DNA of 64,000 nucleotides from Acidobacteriota bacterium (lineage in GTDB: Bacteria > Acidobacteriota > Vicinamibacteria > Vicinamibacterales > JAKQTR01), in contig JBFMFH010000111.1 in the NCBI GenBank assembly GCA_040752275.1, positions 60,015-124,014 of the forward strand, read 5' to 3'. Numbering within the stretch: position 1 is the stretch's first letter; each line of letters starts with the position of its first letter. The translations under genes and the position numbers were made by a program. This document shows positions 8,972 to 18,700 of this stretch, in pieces. The notes beneath the pieces were generated by a model that ran no database searches, was not told the origin of the DNA, and saw only the letters and a program-made list of their open reading frames with translations.

Positions 8972-10737
8972 GACGGCCCGCCGCGAGAAGCCGGTTCGAT
9001 CGGTTGCCTGGCGCCGACGACCCGGCGGAGGCGCGCGGTGATGGCGGCCCGAAGTCGTTGGTGCCGGGCTGTCGCGAGGCGGCGCCGCTTCTCACGACGC
9101 CTGGCCGCGCGCTCCCGCCGGCGCTCTGCCTTCAGGCGCCGTTCGCCGATGAACCGGGACGGCAGTGATACGGCTTTTCTCCACCGCCTTCCCACGAGGC
9201 GGCGGATCTCCTGACGGCGATTCTCCGCCAGCTCGGCCTGACGCCTGGCGTGTTCGTCCTGTTCCCGCGGCCCCCGTAGAAGGGACGTCACGGGCCATCG
9301 CCCGGAGGACGCCATGAGGACGCGGGCGGTCAGAACGGCCAGGCGAGCGGGTGGGCTGTCTGCCGCTTCGGCGTGTGCGCACGCTACCCGTTCGACGACG
9401 TCGACGAAGCGCGAGGTGCCGGAAACATCGAGACCGAGCGGCCGCACGAAGTGAGACACGAACGCCCGGCTCCTTGCCACGGCATTCTCCCGGCTCGCCA
9501 GGACGGCTGCGAGCTGGCCGACATGTTCCTCAAGGCTGTGGGATGCGTGCAGCAGACCGTGTGTCGCGTCCAGCAGGTATCGGAAGTGCAGCGTCCCTTC
9601 CTGGCTTTCCTGGAACTCGGGCAGGAGGATCGTGAGCACCGGGCGCTCCAGGATCGCCGCTTCGATCATCGCGCTGGTGTTGAGGCCAACGACCGCGTTC
9701 GCCCAATAGAGCGAGTCGAAGTAGTCGTCACGCGCCTCGGCCGTCACCGGATTACTCCCCCACAGCCTGACGGCCGGGATCTCATCCACGCCAGCACCAT
9801 CCCACTCGCCGAGGCGTGATGGGTGCGGCCGCACGAGGATCGGCATGTCACGCAGATCGGCTGAGGGATTCGATCGAACGGCGTTGATCCAGCGGCGCAC
9901 GAACGCGGCCTCCGACGGGCTCCCACGAAACAGCGCGGAGCACACGTAGAGGACGAATGGCCGATCGGCGGGCAGGCCCATGTCGGTGCAGAACGCTTGG
10001 CGGGTCCTCGTCGGCTGGCGCCCGAACCACCGGTCGAAGCACTGGGCGCCGGTGACCAGGACGCGGTCGGGAGGCACGTTGTGCAGGTCGATCGCTTCCC
10101 GCTTCTGTGTGTCATTCCAGACGGTCACCGCGTCCGGCATGTCCCGCAGAAGAGACTTGCTCGACAGGTTATCCCAGCTCCACACGGCAAACAGGGTTCT
10201 CAATCCCATCCGCCGGGCGGCCGACAGGTACTCGACTTCCGGTGAGCCCAGGCCGATCAGCGGCGTGAACAGCACGATGTCCGGCGCGTGCCCGTCGAGA
10301 AAGGAGCGGATGCCGGTCTCAATCGGCAATGCCCGTTCGACTGCGCGCAACCCCGCGGCAAGCACGCGGCGAGCGGCCTGCCGGCTCGCGCCCGGGACCC
10401 GAAGGAGCCACAGCAGGCCCCTGGGAGCGCGTTCCCATGCCCTCGCACGGAGGCGAGGGGCGCCGGCATAGGTCTCATCGAGGTAGCGGAGGTAGTCGAG
10501 CCCGAGGCGGAACCGTTCCTGCGCCGTTCTGAATCGGTGCAGTTCGACGGACGGCGTCCAGCCGTAGGTGACCGAATCGCGACGCTCAGCGAGCCGCCTG
10601 ACCAGCTCTTCTCCTCCCTGAGCCTCCCGCTGAATCGCGGCCAGGTGAACCGCGTGGCCTCGATCGGCAAGCGCGGCGATCGCCGAGTCGAAGTTCCTGA
10701 GGCAGCCGAAGTGGTGCGTGATAAACAGGACCTTCAT
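8968..10737 (-). CDS. Putative GT-B glycosyltransferase (domain A) with Arg-rich C-tail
   Basis: CLRNFDS, SWDNLSSK, VWNDTQKREA, RPHP, NTSAMIEA, QEGTLHFRYL; ATGA overlap. Confidence 0.75.
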   Translation of the reverse strand: MKVLFITHHFGCLRNFDSAIAALADRGHAVHLAAIQREAQGGEELVRRLAERRDSVTYGWTPSVELHRFRTAQERFRLGLDYLRYLDETYAGAPRLRARAWERAPRGLLWLLRVPGASRQAARRVLAAGLRAVERALPIETGIRSFLDGHAPDIVLFTPLIGLGSPEVEYLSAARRMGLRTLFAVWSWDNLSSKSLLRDMPDAVTVWNDTQKREAIDLHNVPPDRVLVTGAQCFDRWFGRQPTRTRQAFCTDMGLPADRPFVLYVCSALFRGSPSEAAFVRRWINAVRSNPSADLRDMPILVRPHPSRLGEWDGAGVDEIPAVRLWGSNPVTAEARDDYFDSLYWANAVVGLNTSAMIEAAILERPVLTILLPEFQESQEGTLHFRYLLDATHGLLHASHSLEEHVGQLAAVLASRENAVARSRAFVSHFVRPLGLDVSGTSRFVDVVERVACAHAEAADSPPARLAVLTARVLMASSGRWPVTSLLRGPREQDEHARRQAELAENRRQEIRRLVGRRWRKAVSLPSRFIGERRLKAERRRERAARRREKRRRLATARHQRLRAAITARLRRVVGARQPIEPASRGGPS

Positions 10738-11678
10738 GACCGGGGCAGGTCCTCGACGAAGGGCGGGAGGTCCCGGGTGTCGAATCGCGGTATCAGGAAG
10801 CGCTCGTCCTCACCCGTATTCGCGAGACGCCGCGTCGTCGTGAAGCCCAGGCTATAGCCGGACTCGGCGAGCACACGGAGCGTGTGTCCGTCGTAGGTGT
10901 GGGGATGGCCGTACGGAAAGCAGAACGGTACGGAGGCCTGGCCCGACAGGGCCCGTACCCGCGCGACGCCATCGCACAACTCCAGGCGCTGCTCCTCCGG
11001 CGTCAGACGGGAGAGGACCCGGTGATGTTCGGTGTGGAAGCCGAACACCATCCCCGCTGCAGCCATCTGGGCAATGCGGTCGCCGGACAGGTAGAACATC
11101 GAGGCGAAGTCGTGCTGGTCGCCAAACTCGCGCGCGAACAGCTCATCGAGGATGCGATCGGTGGTTTCGAAAGGCAGCTCGTAGTTCAGGAGGTGTTTCA
11201 CCTCCAGATTCGAGGTCTGGTCGTACCGATACACCTCCTGCCGCCACCGGACCCCTATGCCGGCCGCGACGGCGTGCCTCGGCATTGATTCGCGGACAGC
11301 CTCGCTGAACACCTCGGAGCCGAGACGGTCGAGCAGCAGGTGCGTCTTGTGGACGTTGGCGACTCTCCGCCGCTCGGCGTGAGCCTCGCCAACCAGAAAG
11401 AACACGCCGGTCCAGCCGCGCGACTCAAGTACCGGAAACACCGTCTCGAAATGATCCGCAAACCCATCGTCAAACGTCAGGAGCGCGGCACCGTCGAGGC
11501 GGCGTCTGGCGGCCAAGGCGCGCTCCAATTCGTCACAGGCGACGATTCCGCGCTCCGCGGCAATGCGATCGAGCTGACGCCCGAAGTCGTCCGGCGAGAG
11601 TGCGTTGAGCCCGGAGGATGGCCCATTCGTGTCCCGAATGTAGTGGTACATCGCGACGAGACAGCCGGTTGGTGTCAT
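10734..11678 (-). CDS. Polysaccharide deacetylase (CE4/NodB family)
   Basis: MYHY, LLTFDDG, GFHTEHH, FCFPYG and PRFD motifs. Confidence 0.88.
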   Translation of the reverse strand: MTPTGCLVAMYHYIRDTNGPSSGLNALSPDDFGRQLDRIAAERGIVACDELERALAARRRLDGAALLTFDDGFADHFETVFPVLESRGWTGVFFLVGEAHAERRRVANVHKTHLLLDRLGSEVFSEAVRESMPRHAVAAGIGVRWRQEVYRYDQTSNLEVKHLLNYELPFETTDRILDELFAREFGDQHDFASMFYLSGDRIAQMAAAGMVFGFHTEHHRVLSRLTPEEQRLELCDGVARVRALSGQASVPFCFPYGHPHTYDGHTLRVLAESGYSLGFTTTRRLANTGEDERFLIPRFDTRDLPPFVEDLPRS

Positions 11679-12490
11679 GGCGTCACACCACGGAGCGACA
11701 CCAGCCGTACCCGCTCGTCGCGTGCTACACGGTCCGAGAGGTACTCGGCGACCATGCCGGTCTCGAAGTTCCGGTACAGGGTGTGGACCGCGGCCGCCGA
11801 GAAGTCCTTTCGCTGGTACAACCGCCCCTTTGCCACCTGCGGCTCAGCCCTGACATGGCCTGCCGCGTGCGCCAGCGCCGCCTCGGCAAGCATCCGTGCC
11901 CCGGTTACGATGGCCTTGTTGCCGATCTCGTGAGGTCCGTCCCGAGGCTCGATGCCTGGCCTGGTGTGCGCAATGATCGGGCCCGTGTCGATTCCCGCAT
12001 CGAGATAGTGGACCGTCGAGCCCACGAATTCCGGTTCGCGATTGACCAGCGGCCAGAAGTTCGTTCCGGCGCCCCGGTAGTAGGGTGAGAGGCCGAGATG
12101 GAGGTTGATGATGCGACCGTCGAACCGGCCGATGATTCCGGCCCTGAGCAATCCCGTACCAAAGACGAGCACGACGTCGGGGTTGCAGGACGCCATTCTC
12201 GAGATCTCCGCGGGCTCGTTGATGAAGCCCGGCGGCCCGGTCCTTTGCTCGACCCCGGCAGGCAGACGAAGCTGGCGATGAGCCCCGAACGCCGACTCCT
12301 CGGCGGCATCGCGTGCCGCGAAGTGACTGCGGATGACGGCTTCGTCGTCCGGACCGCCTGCGTAGCGCTCGGGGACGAATGACTTCTCTTCCTGCCACAC
12401 GCCGGCGAGGTTGCACCGTTCGGCCACGCAGCCGATCGCGAAATGGTGCCGCAGGAACGTGCTCGTCAGGACGATGACACGGGGAATCAC
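11675..12490 (-). CDS. Formyltransferase-family protein (probable sugar N-formyltransferase)
   Basis: INLHLGLSPYYRG and TVHYLDAGIDTGPII, the N10-formyl-THF transferase signature. Confidence 0.85.
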   Translation of the reverse strand: MIPRVIVLTSTFLRHHFAIGCVAERCNLAGVWQEEKSFVPERYAGGPDDEAVIRSHFAARDAAEESAFGAHRQLRLPAGVEQRTGPPGFINEPAEISRMASCNPDVVLVFGTGLLRAGIIGRFDGRIINLHLGLSPYYRGAGTNFWPLVNREPEFVGSTVHYLDAGIDTGPIIAHTRPGIEPRDGPHEIGNKAIVTGARMLAEAALAHAAGHVRAEPQVAKGRLYQRKDFSAAAVHTLYRNFETGMVAEYLSDRVARDERVRLVSLRGVTP

Positions 12491-14712
12491 GGTAGTCGGA
12501 TGGCCCGCGGGACCCGCTGCGGGCGGGTGAACTCGAGGTACGCGGGCGCGCCTGGCTTCGAGCGCTCGGTCACGGACACTCCCTCAAAACCGTGTTCGGT
12601 GAGCAGGGCCTCGACTGCGGGGCGCGTCTCGTCTGCGACCTCGATCAAGATGGTCGTCAAGCTCGCTGATCTGAGAACACCGGCCGCCCCTCTGAGCACC
12701 TCGAGCTCGCCGCCATCGACATCGAGCTTGATGGCCGTCGGCAGGGGCAGGTCGTACTCCCGCACCAGGGCATCGAGCGTCGTCGCCAGCACCGGCTGTT
12801 CGTAACGTCCGTCACGGGCACTTGGCGCCCGCCGCGGCCGGCGCTCGCGGATCGCGTGCCGGCTCTGGCCTGGTTCGCGGCTGCGGTACTTGAGGCCCAC
12901 CAGTCCGGAGGCCGACCAGAGGGGCAGGGGCACTGGGATGACGTTGCCCTGACACCGGTTGAGAACGAGGTTCTCACACAGGTGTGCGAATGAGGCGTAC
13001 CCTGGTTCGAACGCCACAACGGTGGTCTTCGGCTGACGGCGGGCAGCGATCAGCGTGAAAGTGCCGACATTCGCGCCGATGTCGTACAGAACCGTGTCGA
13101 CGACTGCCACGCGCTCGATCCAGGCCACGGTCCACGGTTCCTTCCGGCACGAGTACGCCCGCCATTGGCGCTCGGCGTCGGATGTTACGCGCAGGCGGAT
13201 GCGAATGGGCTGGTAGTCGAGATCGACGAGCTCTCCCTCGCGGGCCGCGGCGTGACTGGCCGGGAGGCGCACGTCACCCGACCTCGTCGCCTGCTTCTTC
13301 CTCGTGATCTTGGCCATGCGCTCGACGGCCTGTACGAGATACTCCGTGGCGGGGACCTTCAATCCGCGCGGGCGGACAAACGATCCAATGAAGCGTCGGA
13401 TCGCCTCCCGATCGAAGTCGCCCGCCACGCCACGCGCGACCTGGGTCCTGTGTTCGTCGAGCGTGGAGGCTCTTTCGACAAAGCCGCCGCGTTCCTTGAG
13501 CAGGTAGTGGAAATGAATCGAGCTCTCCTGGCCGTCGGCGAATTCCGTCGGCGCGCGAATCGTGAAGACCGGCCGGCCGACAATCCCAGCCTCGATTTCC
13601 GCGCTCGTGTTGAGTCCGACGACCGCCGCGGCGTGGTACAGGCACTCGTAGAGACCCTGATAGGCCGTGAACGGCGCCCGGACGACGGCGACCCGCTCGT
13701 GGGCATAGGGCGTGGTGACCCGCATTCTGACGTCGCCGCCGGGCCCTTCCCAGGCCATCAGGTGTCCCTCGGCGTCCCACTCGGCGTGAAGGTCCGGGTG
13801 GATCTTGATCAGGATGTTGGCCCGCGCGAGGTCCGAGTGCCGGCGGAGGGATTCGATCCACGTTCCGATGAACCCCTCCTCCCGCGCTGCGACGAACTTC
13901 GACGACCCGAGGTAGACGATGATGGGCTGCGCAGGGTCGAACCCGAGGTGCTCGCAGAACGATGCGCGGTCTAACGAGCTCTCCAGACCGAAGAACTCGT
14001 CGAAGCGCGGGGCCCCGGTGACGACGACCCTCTTCTCGGGCACCTGGTGGAGGTCGACGGCCTCGCGAACCTGGATGTCGTTCCAGACGAACACGCGGTC
14101 CGGCACCTCGTGGATCAGACCCTTCGACGAGAGGTTGTCCCAACTGAAGAGAACCATCGCGACAGGCACGCCGAGTGCATGGCAGGCCTTCACGAAGTCG
14201 GTCTGCCCGGACCCGAACTCCACGAGCGGCGACACGAGCACGGCATCCGGGTTCTCGTGACGGATGAACGCTGTGATGCTCTCGTCCACCGGGATCTGTG
14301 CTTCGAGCAGGCCCGCGAGCGATCGCAGCCGGTCGAGTTCATCTCCCGTCAACCCCAGGCCGAACTCGGCTGGCAGCGAACCCGGCTGCCGCCTCCCGTA
14401 GGACAGGGTGTGCAGCAGCTTGTCCAGCGCCCGCGCCCGGAGCTTGAACGCCTCGCTGAACGGCGGGGTCTGGTACCGCAGGTAGTCCCTGAGCCGGCGG
14501 AACAGGCTCGCGTGGTCGCTCCACTCGTCCGCACGCTTGCTGGCGCACGGCGTTGCCGAGACCCCAGGGCACCGGTCCAGTGGAGACGGAACGCCGTGCT
14601 CGCCGTCCTGGTAGGCGAGCCGTACCGCATGCTCGCGCTCGGCAAGCCGGGCCACGACACTCCTGAAGTGTCTCAGGTAGCCCCGCTGCTTCAAGACGAA
14701 CAGGATTCGCAT
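12487..14712 (-). CDS. Domain A glycosyltransferase fused to a FkbM-family methyltransferase
   Basis: N-terminal SWDNLSSK, KIHP, NTSAEIEA; C-terminal LYDIGANVG, VAFEP, IKLDVDGGE (FkbM). Confidence 0.8.
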   Translation of the reverse strand: MRILFVLKQRGYLRHFRSVVARLAEREHAVRLAYQDGEHGVPSPLDRCPGVSATPCASKRADEWSDHASLFRRLRDYLRYQTPPFSEAFKLRARALDKLLHTLSYGRRQPGSLPAEFGLGLTGDELDRLRSLAGLLEAQIPVDESITAFIRHENPDAVLVSPLVEFGSGQTDFVKACHALGVPVAMVLFSWDNLSSKGLIHEVPDRVFVWNDIQVREAVDLHQVPEKRVVVTGAPRFDEFFGLESSLDRASFCEHLGFDPAQPIIVYLGSSKFVAAREEGFIGTWIESLRRHSDLARANILIKIHPDLHAEWDAEGHLMAWEGPGGDVRMRVTTPYAHERVAVVRAPFTAYQGLYECLYHAAAVVGLNTSAEIEAGIVGRPVFTIRAPTEFADGQESSIHFHYLLKERGGFVERASTLDEHRTQVARGVAGDFDREAIRRFIGSFVRPRGLKVPATEYLVQAVERMAKITRKKQATRSGDVRLPASHAAAREGELVDLDYQPIRIRLRVTSDAERQWRAYSCRKEPWTVAWIERVAVVDTVLYDIGANVGTFTLIAARRQPKTTVVAFEPGYASFAHLCENLVLNRCQGNVIPVPLPLWSASGLVGLKYRSREPGQSRHAIRERRPRRAPSARDGRYEQPVLATTLDALVREYDLPLPTAIKLDVDGGELEVLRGAAGVLRSASLTTILIEVADETRPAVEALLTEHGFEGVSVTERSKPGAPAYLEFTRPQRVPRAIRLP

Positions 14713-14729
14713 GCCGTGCGGTCCGTCCT

Positions 14730-15767
14730 TCAGGCCACGCGCCTCGCCAGCACCCGCAGGTTCTTGCCGTACCCACCGGCGTTCGCCAGGAACTGCATCG
14801 TATCGGCAACGCGTTCGAGGACGGTCATGTCCTCACCGAAGACCTCCTGGCGCTGCCAGACGTAGTCGGCAATGTCGAGCCCCTCCGTCTGGACGAGCTC
14901 GACGCGAAGCCCATGACGCTCGAGAAACGTCCGCGCCGTCATGGGAGTGTAGTACGTGAGGTGGTGGGTGGGCCAGATGAAGTGCGCGTCTTTGCCCATC
15001 AGCAGCCTCGACGCCGAGTCGTAGTTCGGCACGTAGATGTAGAGGATGCCCCCGGGGCGGAGGGCCGCGACGCACTGCCGCAGCGTCTCGGACGGATCGA
15101 ACAGGTGCTCCAGCACGTCGAACAGCGACACGGCGTCGAGCGAGCCCCCATCCAGGCCGGATTCCGAGAGGGCGACGGTCTGCAGATCGAGGCCGCGACG
15201 ACGCCCGAACTCGACCGCGGACGGGTTGAGATCGATGCCGCGCGCCCGCCATCCGAGACGACGGGCGGCTTCCACGACGAATCCCGTGCTACAGCCGACG
15301 TCGAGGTACTCGGGACACGGACCGGCGTCAGGCGCCAGGTAGCGGGCCATGGTCGAGACGCGCTCGGTCCCGAAGCGTTCGACCCGGTAGAGATGGCTGG
15401 CCTCGCCGAGGTCCCGCATGATCTCCTGATAGGCCGGCGACCCGTAGACGGCCAGGTAGTGCGCCTCGTCAAACGCCGGGCTGACGTAGACCGTGTCGCA
15501 CGAAGGACAGCGCACGATGGTCAGGTGGTCTTTGTCGATCTCCGGGCGGCCGTCACGTGCGCCGCAGGTCGGGCAGGATCTGGGCACCAGCAGCTCAGGC
15601 GGAATCCGTCCGTGCTTCGCCACGAGTTCGTCGATCGCATGCGTGCGCTTCTCGAACAGACGGCGGTAGGAGTCCTTCGGCCGCAGTCGCGACAGATCGA
15701 CCGGCTCGTAGTCGCCGATGTGCCGGTAGGGCAGCAGCAGATCCCGATCCTGCGTCGCTTCACCCAT
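14730..15767 (-). CDS. Class I SAM-dependent methyltransferase with N-terminal Cys (Zn-ribbon) motifs
   Basis: CPTCG...CPSC, YLDVGCSTG, FDVLEHL, LRPGG, VPN; start taken at MGEATQ. Confidence 0.85.
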   Translation of the reverse strand: MGEATQDRDLLLPYRHIGDYEPVDLSRLRPKDSYRRLFEKRTHAIDELVAKHGRIPPELLVPRSCPTCGARDGRPEIDKDHLTIVRCPSCDTVYVSPAFDEAHYLAVYGSPAYQEIMRDLGEASHLYRVERFGTERVSTMARYLAPDAGPCPEYLDVGCSTGFVVEAARRLGWRARGIDLNPSAVEFGRRRGLDLQTVALSESGLDGGSLDAVSLFDVLEHLFDPSETLRQCVAALRPGGILYIYVPNYDSASRLLMGKDAHFIWPTHHLTYYTPMTARTFLERHGLRVELVQTEGLDIADYVWQRQEVFGEDMTVLERVADTMQFLANAGGYGKNLRVLARRVA

Positions 15768-15768
15768 G

Positions 15769-18700
15769 TCAGGTTTCCTTGTTGGCGCCCAGGATGGCTC
15801 TGACGCGCGTCGCCACGCCGTAGCGCGCGTGCCGGCCAACCCGTCGTATGCGTTTCGGGAGGCTCGACGCCGCCGTCCGTGCCGCGCGCGAGGCGTCGCG
15901 GGCAGCCTTGGCGAGACGGCGCCAGGCGGCGGTCCGCGGGACCTGCTTCAGGGCGCGAAGGATGCTCTTTCGACGACGGTGGACGGCGAACCGGACCTTC
16001 TTCCGGAAGCGGCCGAAATCGGGCCCGAGCACACGCCCGGGGCCGCGGCGGAACAGCCAGACGCCACCGACGAGCGGAGCCAGTATGAACCTGAGCGCCA
16101 CCGCCCCCACCCCGTCCAGAAACGGCAGCGGCGTCAGCGCGCTTGCGCCCTCGAGGACATCCGTGAGAATCGGGACACACGCCTTCTCGAGGCCGTGTGG
16201 TCGAAGGAACGTGGCGACGAAGCGCTCCGACCGGGCCCGAGCCGCGTCGGGCGCGGCAATCGACGCGGCCAGTTGGTCCAGGTGCTCGGGGAGTGTCTTG
16301 GCGACGATGAGGCAGCCCCCGTTCTCCGGCAACAGGTGCTGGAAGTGCACGGTCCCTTCCTGTTTGGCGCCGAAACCCTCACTCAGCAACGTGTGAACCG
16401 GCCTCCCGATGACCGAGGCTTCGATCATGGCGCTGGTGTTGATGCCGACGACAGCCGCGCTGTGGAACAGCGAATCGAAGAAGTCGCCGCGGTTCTGTTC
16501 GTTGGTGGGATCGTGCCGGCCGCGCGGCCAGATCGCCACGTCGGTCAAGTCCGAGAGATCCGCCCCCGCCCACTGGTCGGCGTTGTACGGATGGGGGCGA
16601 ATCAGGATGTTCGCCTCACGCACGGACGCGTCGCCGGCGTTCCGCACCGCATCGACCCAGCTTCGAACAAACGGCACCTCCGAATGCCTGCCGGTGATGA
16701 AGAACGACGAGCCGGTGAAGAGGATGATCGGCCGCGCAGGATTCAGGCCGACCATGGCACAGAATTCCACGCGCGTGCGGCTGGGCTCGCGGTCGAACCA
16801 TCGGTCGAAGGCCTGTGCGCCGGTCACGGCCACCCGCTCCGCCGACACATCGTGCAACTCGACGGCCTCGCGCTTCTGGGCCTCGTTCCACACGGTCACG
16901 AGATCCGGCTCGATGCGAAGGAGCCCCTTGTTCGTGAGGTTGTCCCAACTCGCGATGCAGGCGACCACGGGTATCCGGCTGGCGCGGGCGGCCCGTACCA
17001 GGTCCATCTGATCCGACGCCGCCTCGACGAGAGGTGTGACGAGCACCGCGTTCGGGCTCACGCTCTTGACAAACTGCACCACGCGGCGGCCCGGCGGAAC
17101 GACGGTCTCGAGCCACGCGAGACCGCCGAGCGCGCTTCGCACCAGTCCGGGCGGCCATTGGTGGAACCGGTCCAGCCACCGCAAGAAGCCCGGAAGGGCC
17201 TTGATCTTCATGCGTGCCCGCAGGGCCGGGACGTGGCTCAGACGGGGATCCAGGTAGCGGATGAAGTCCATCGTGCCCCGTACCCAGTCGGCCAGCGAAC
17301 CCCATGCGTCGCAGCGTGCCGGCACGTCCCCTATGTACCGGATGCCGTCGGATCCTCCCCTGAACCGGGCCTGTTTGGGTCCCTTGGTGGCATTGACCGC
17401 CAGCACGACATCGAGACCGCGCGCAGCAAGTGCTTTCAAGGTGTCGTCGTAGAAGCGCAGGTACTCGGGCGAGCGCATGACGAACAGCAACCGTCGCCCG
17501 CGAGGCGCCCTATCCGCGCCCGGGGATGGCGGTTCTTTCGGGCTCCGCCGCAACCGTCGGGCCAGGCGCGCCAGCACCATGGCCGCCGGTCTGAGAACCG
17601 CGCTGGACAATCCGGGGCCTCGGGCTGCGATCGGCCGTTGTGCGACCTCTTCGATGGCGTCAGCCAGAATCGGGCTGGCCGGACGGTCGAGACCGTGCGG
17701 CCGGACGAACGTCTCGATGAACGCGCGGCCCCGGTTCTGGAACGCGCCGGGGTTCTCGAGAAGCGCGCCGAGTTGGGCCACATGCTCATCGAGCGACGCT
17801 GCTTCGACGAGCAGACCCCCACTGACCTGCTTCAGGTGCTGGAAGTGCAGCGTGCCGTCCTGCGTTCCCGAGAACTCCGGGGTCCGAACCGTGAACACCG
17901 GCCGGCCGACGATGCCCGACTCGATGAGGGCGCTCGTATTCACCCCAACCACTGCGGCGCTGTAGTACATCGAGTGGAAGTAGTCGGCCCGCGCTCCAGC
18001 GTCCACCGGGTTCGAGCCAGCCCGCGGCCAGATGATGACGGGTCCGAGGGCCGACAGCTCTTCGTCGCGCCATTGATCGGCGTTCTGCGGGTGCGGCCGG
18101 ATCAGCACGGCCACGCTCCGCAGGCGCGCGTCCGGCGCCGCGCGTAGCGCGAGGAGCCACCGCCTCACGAAGCCGACCTCGTAGGGCGTGATGAAGGGTG
18201 ATGAGCACAGGTAGCAGAGCATCTGCGACCCGGCCGGCAGCCCTGTCCGGCTGCAGAACTCGTCTCTGGTCAGCGTCGGCGCGGCGGCGAACCAGTGGTC
18301 GTAGGCGCTCGCGCCGGTGACGCGCACGATTCCCGCCGGAATATGGTGTAACGACGCCGCTTCCTCCCGTTGCGCCTCGTTCCACACCGTCACCGCGTCC
18401 GGTATCTCGTGAATGAGGCCCTTGGTCGTCAGGTGGTCCCATGAACCGACACACAGCACGCTGGGAATGCCACGGCGGCGGGCAGCACGAACGTAGTCCA
18501 CCTGCTGCGAGCCGAAATAGAGCAGCGGCGTCACCATGAACACGTCGGGCGCGTGCGTCCGGAGCACGTCGTCAGCGAAGGGGGCGCCGGGAACTGCACG
18601 TTCCATCGCGCGGATGGCCGCGGAGAGCATCCGTCGCACGGGCGGGTGGCGCCCTATCAGGCTCCAATTCCCGATCCGCACCGCCGGTCGCGGCACCTCC

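Noticed and set aside
15766-18147. 793-aa plus-strand ORF, and similar long antisense ORFs (3078-4418, 18936-20588, 22834-24177, 24271-26409, 54115-55479, 62546-63994)
   Set aside because: They lie antisense to motif-bearing genes and have no recognisable motifs; typical shadow ORFs of high-GC DNA.
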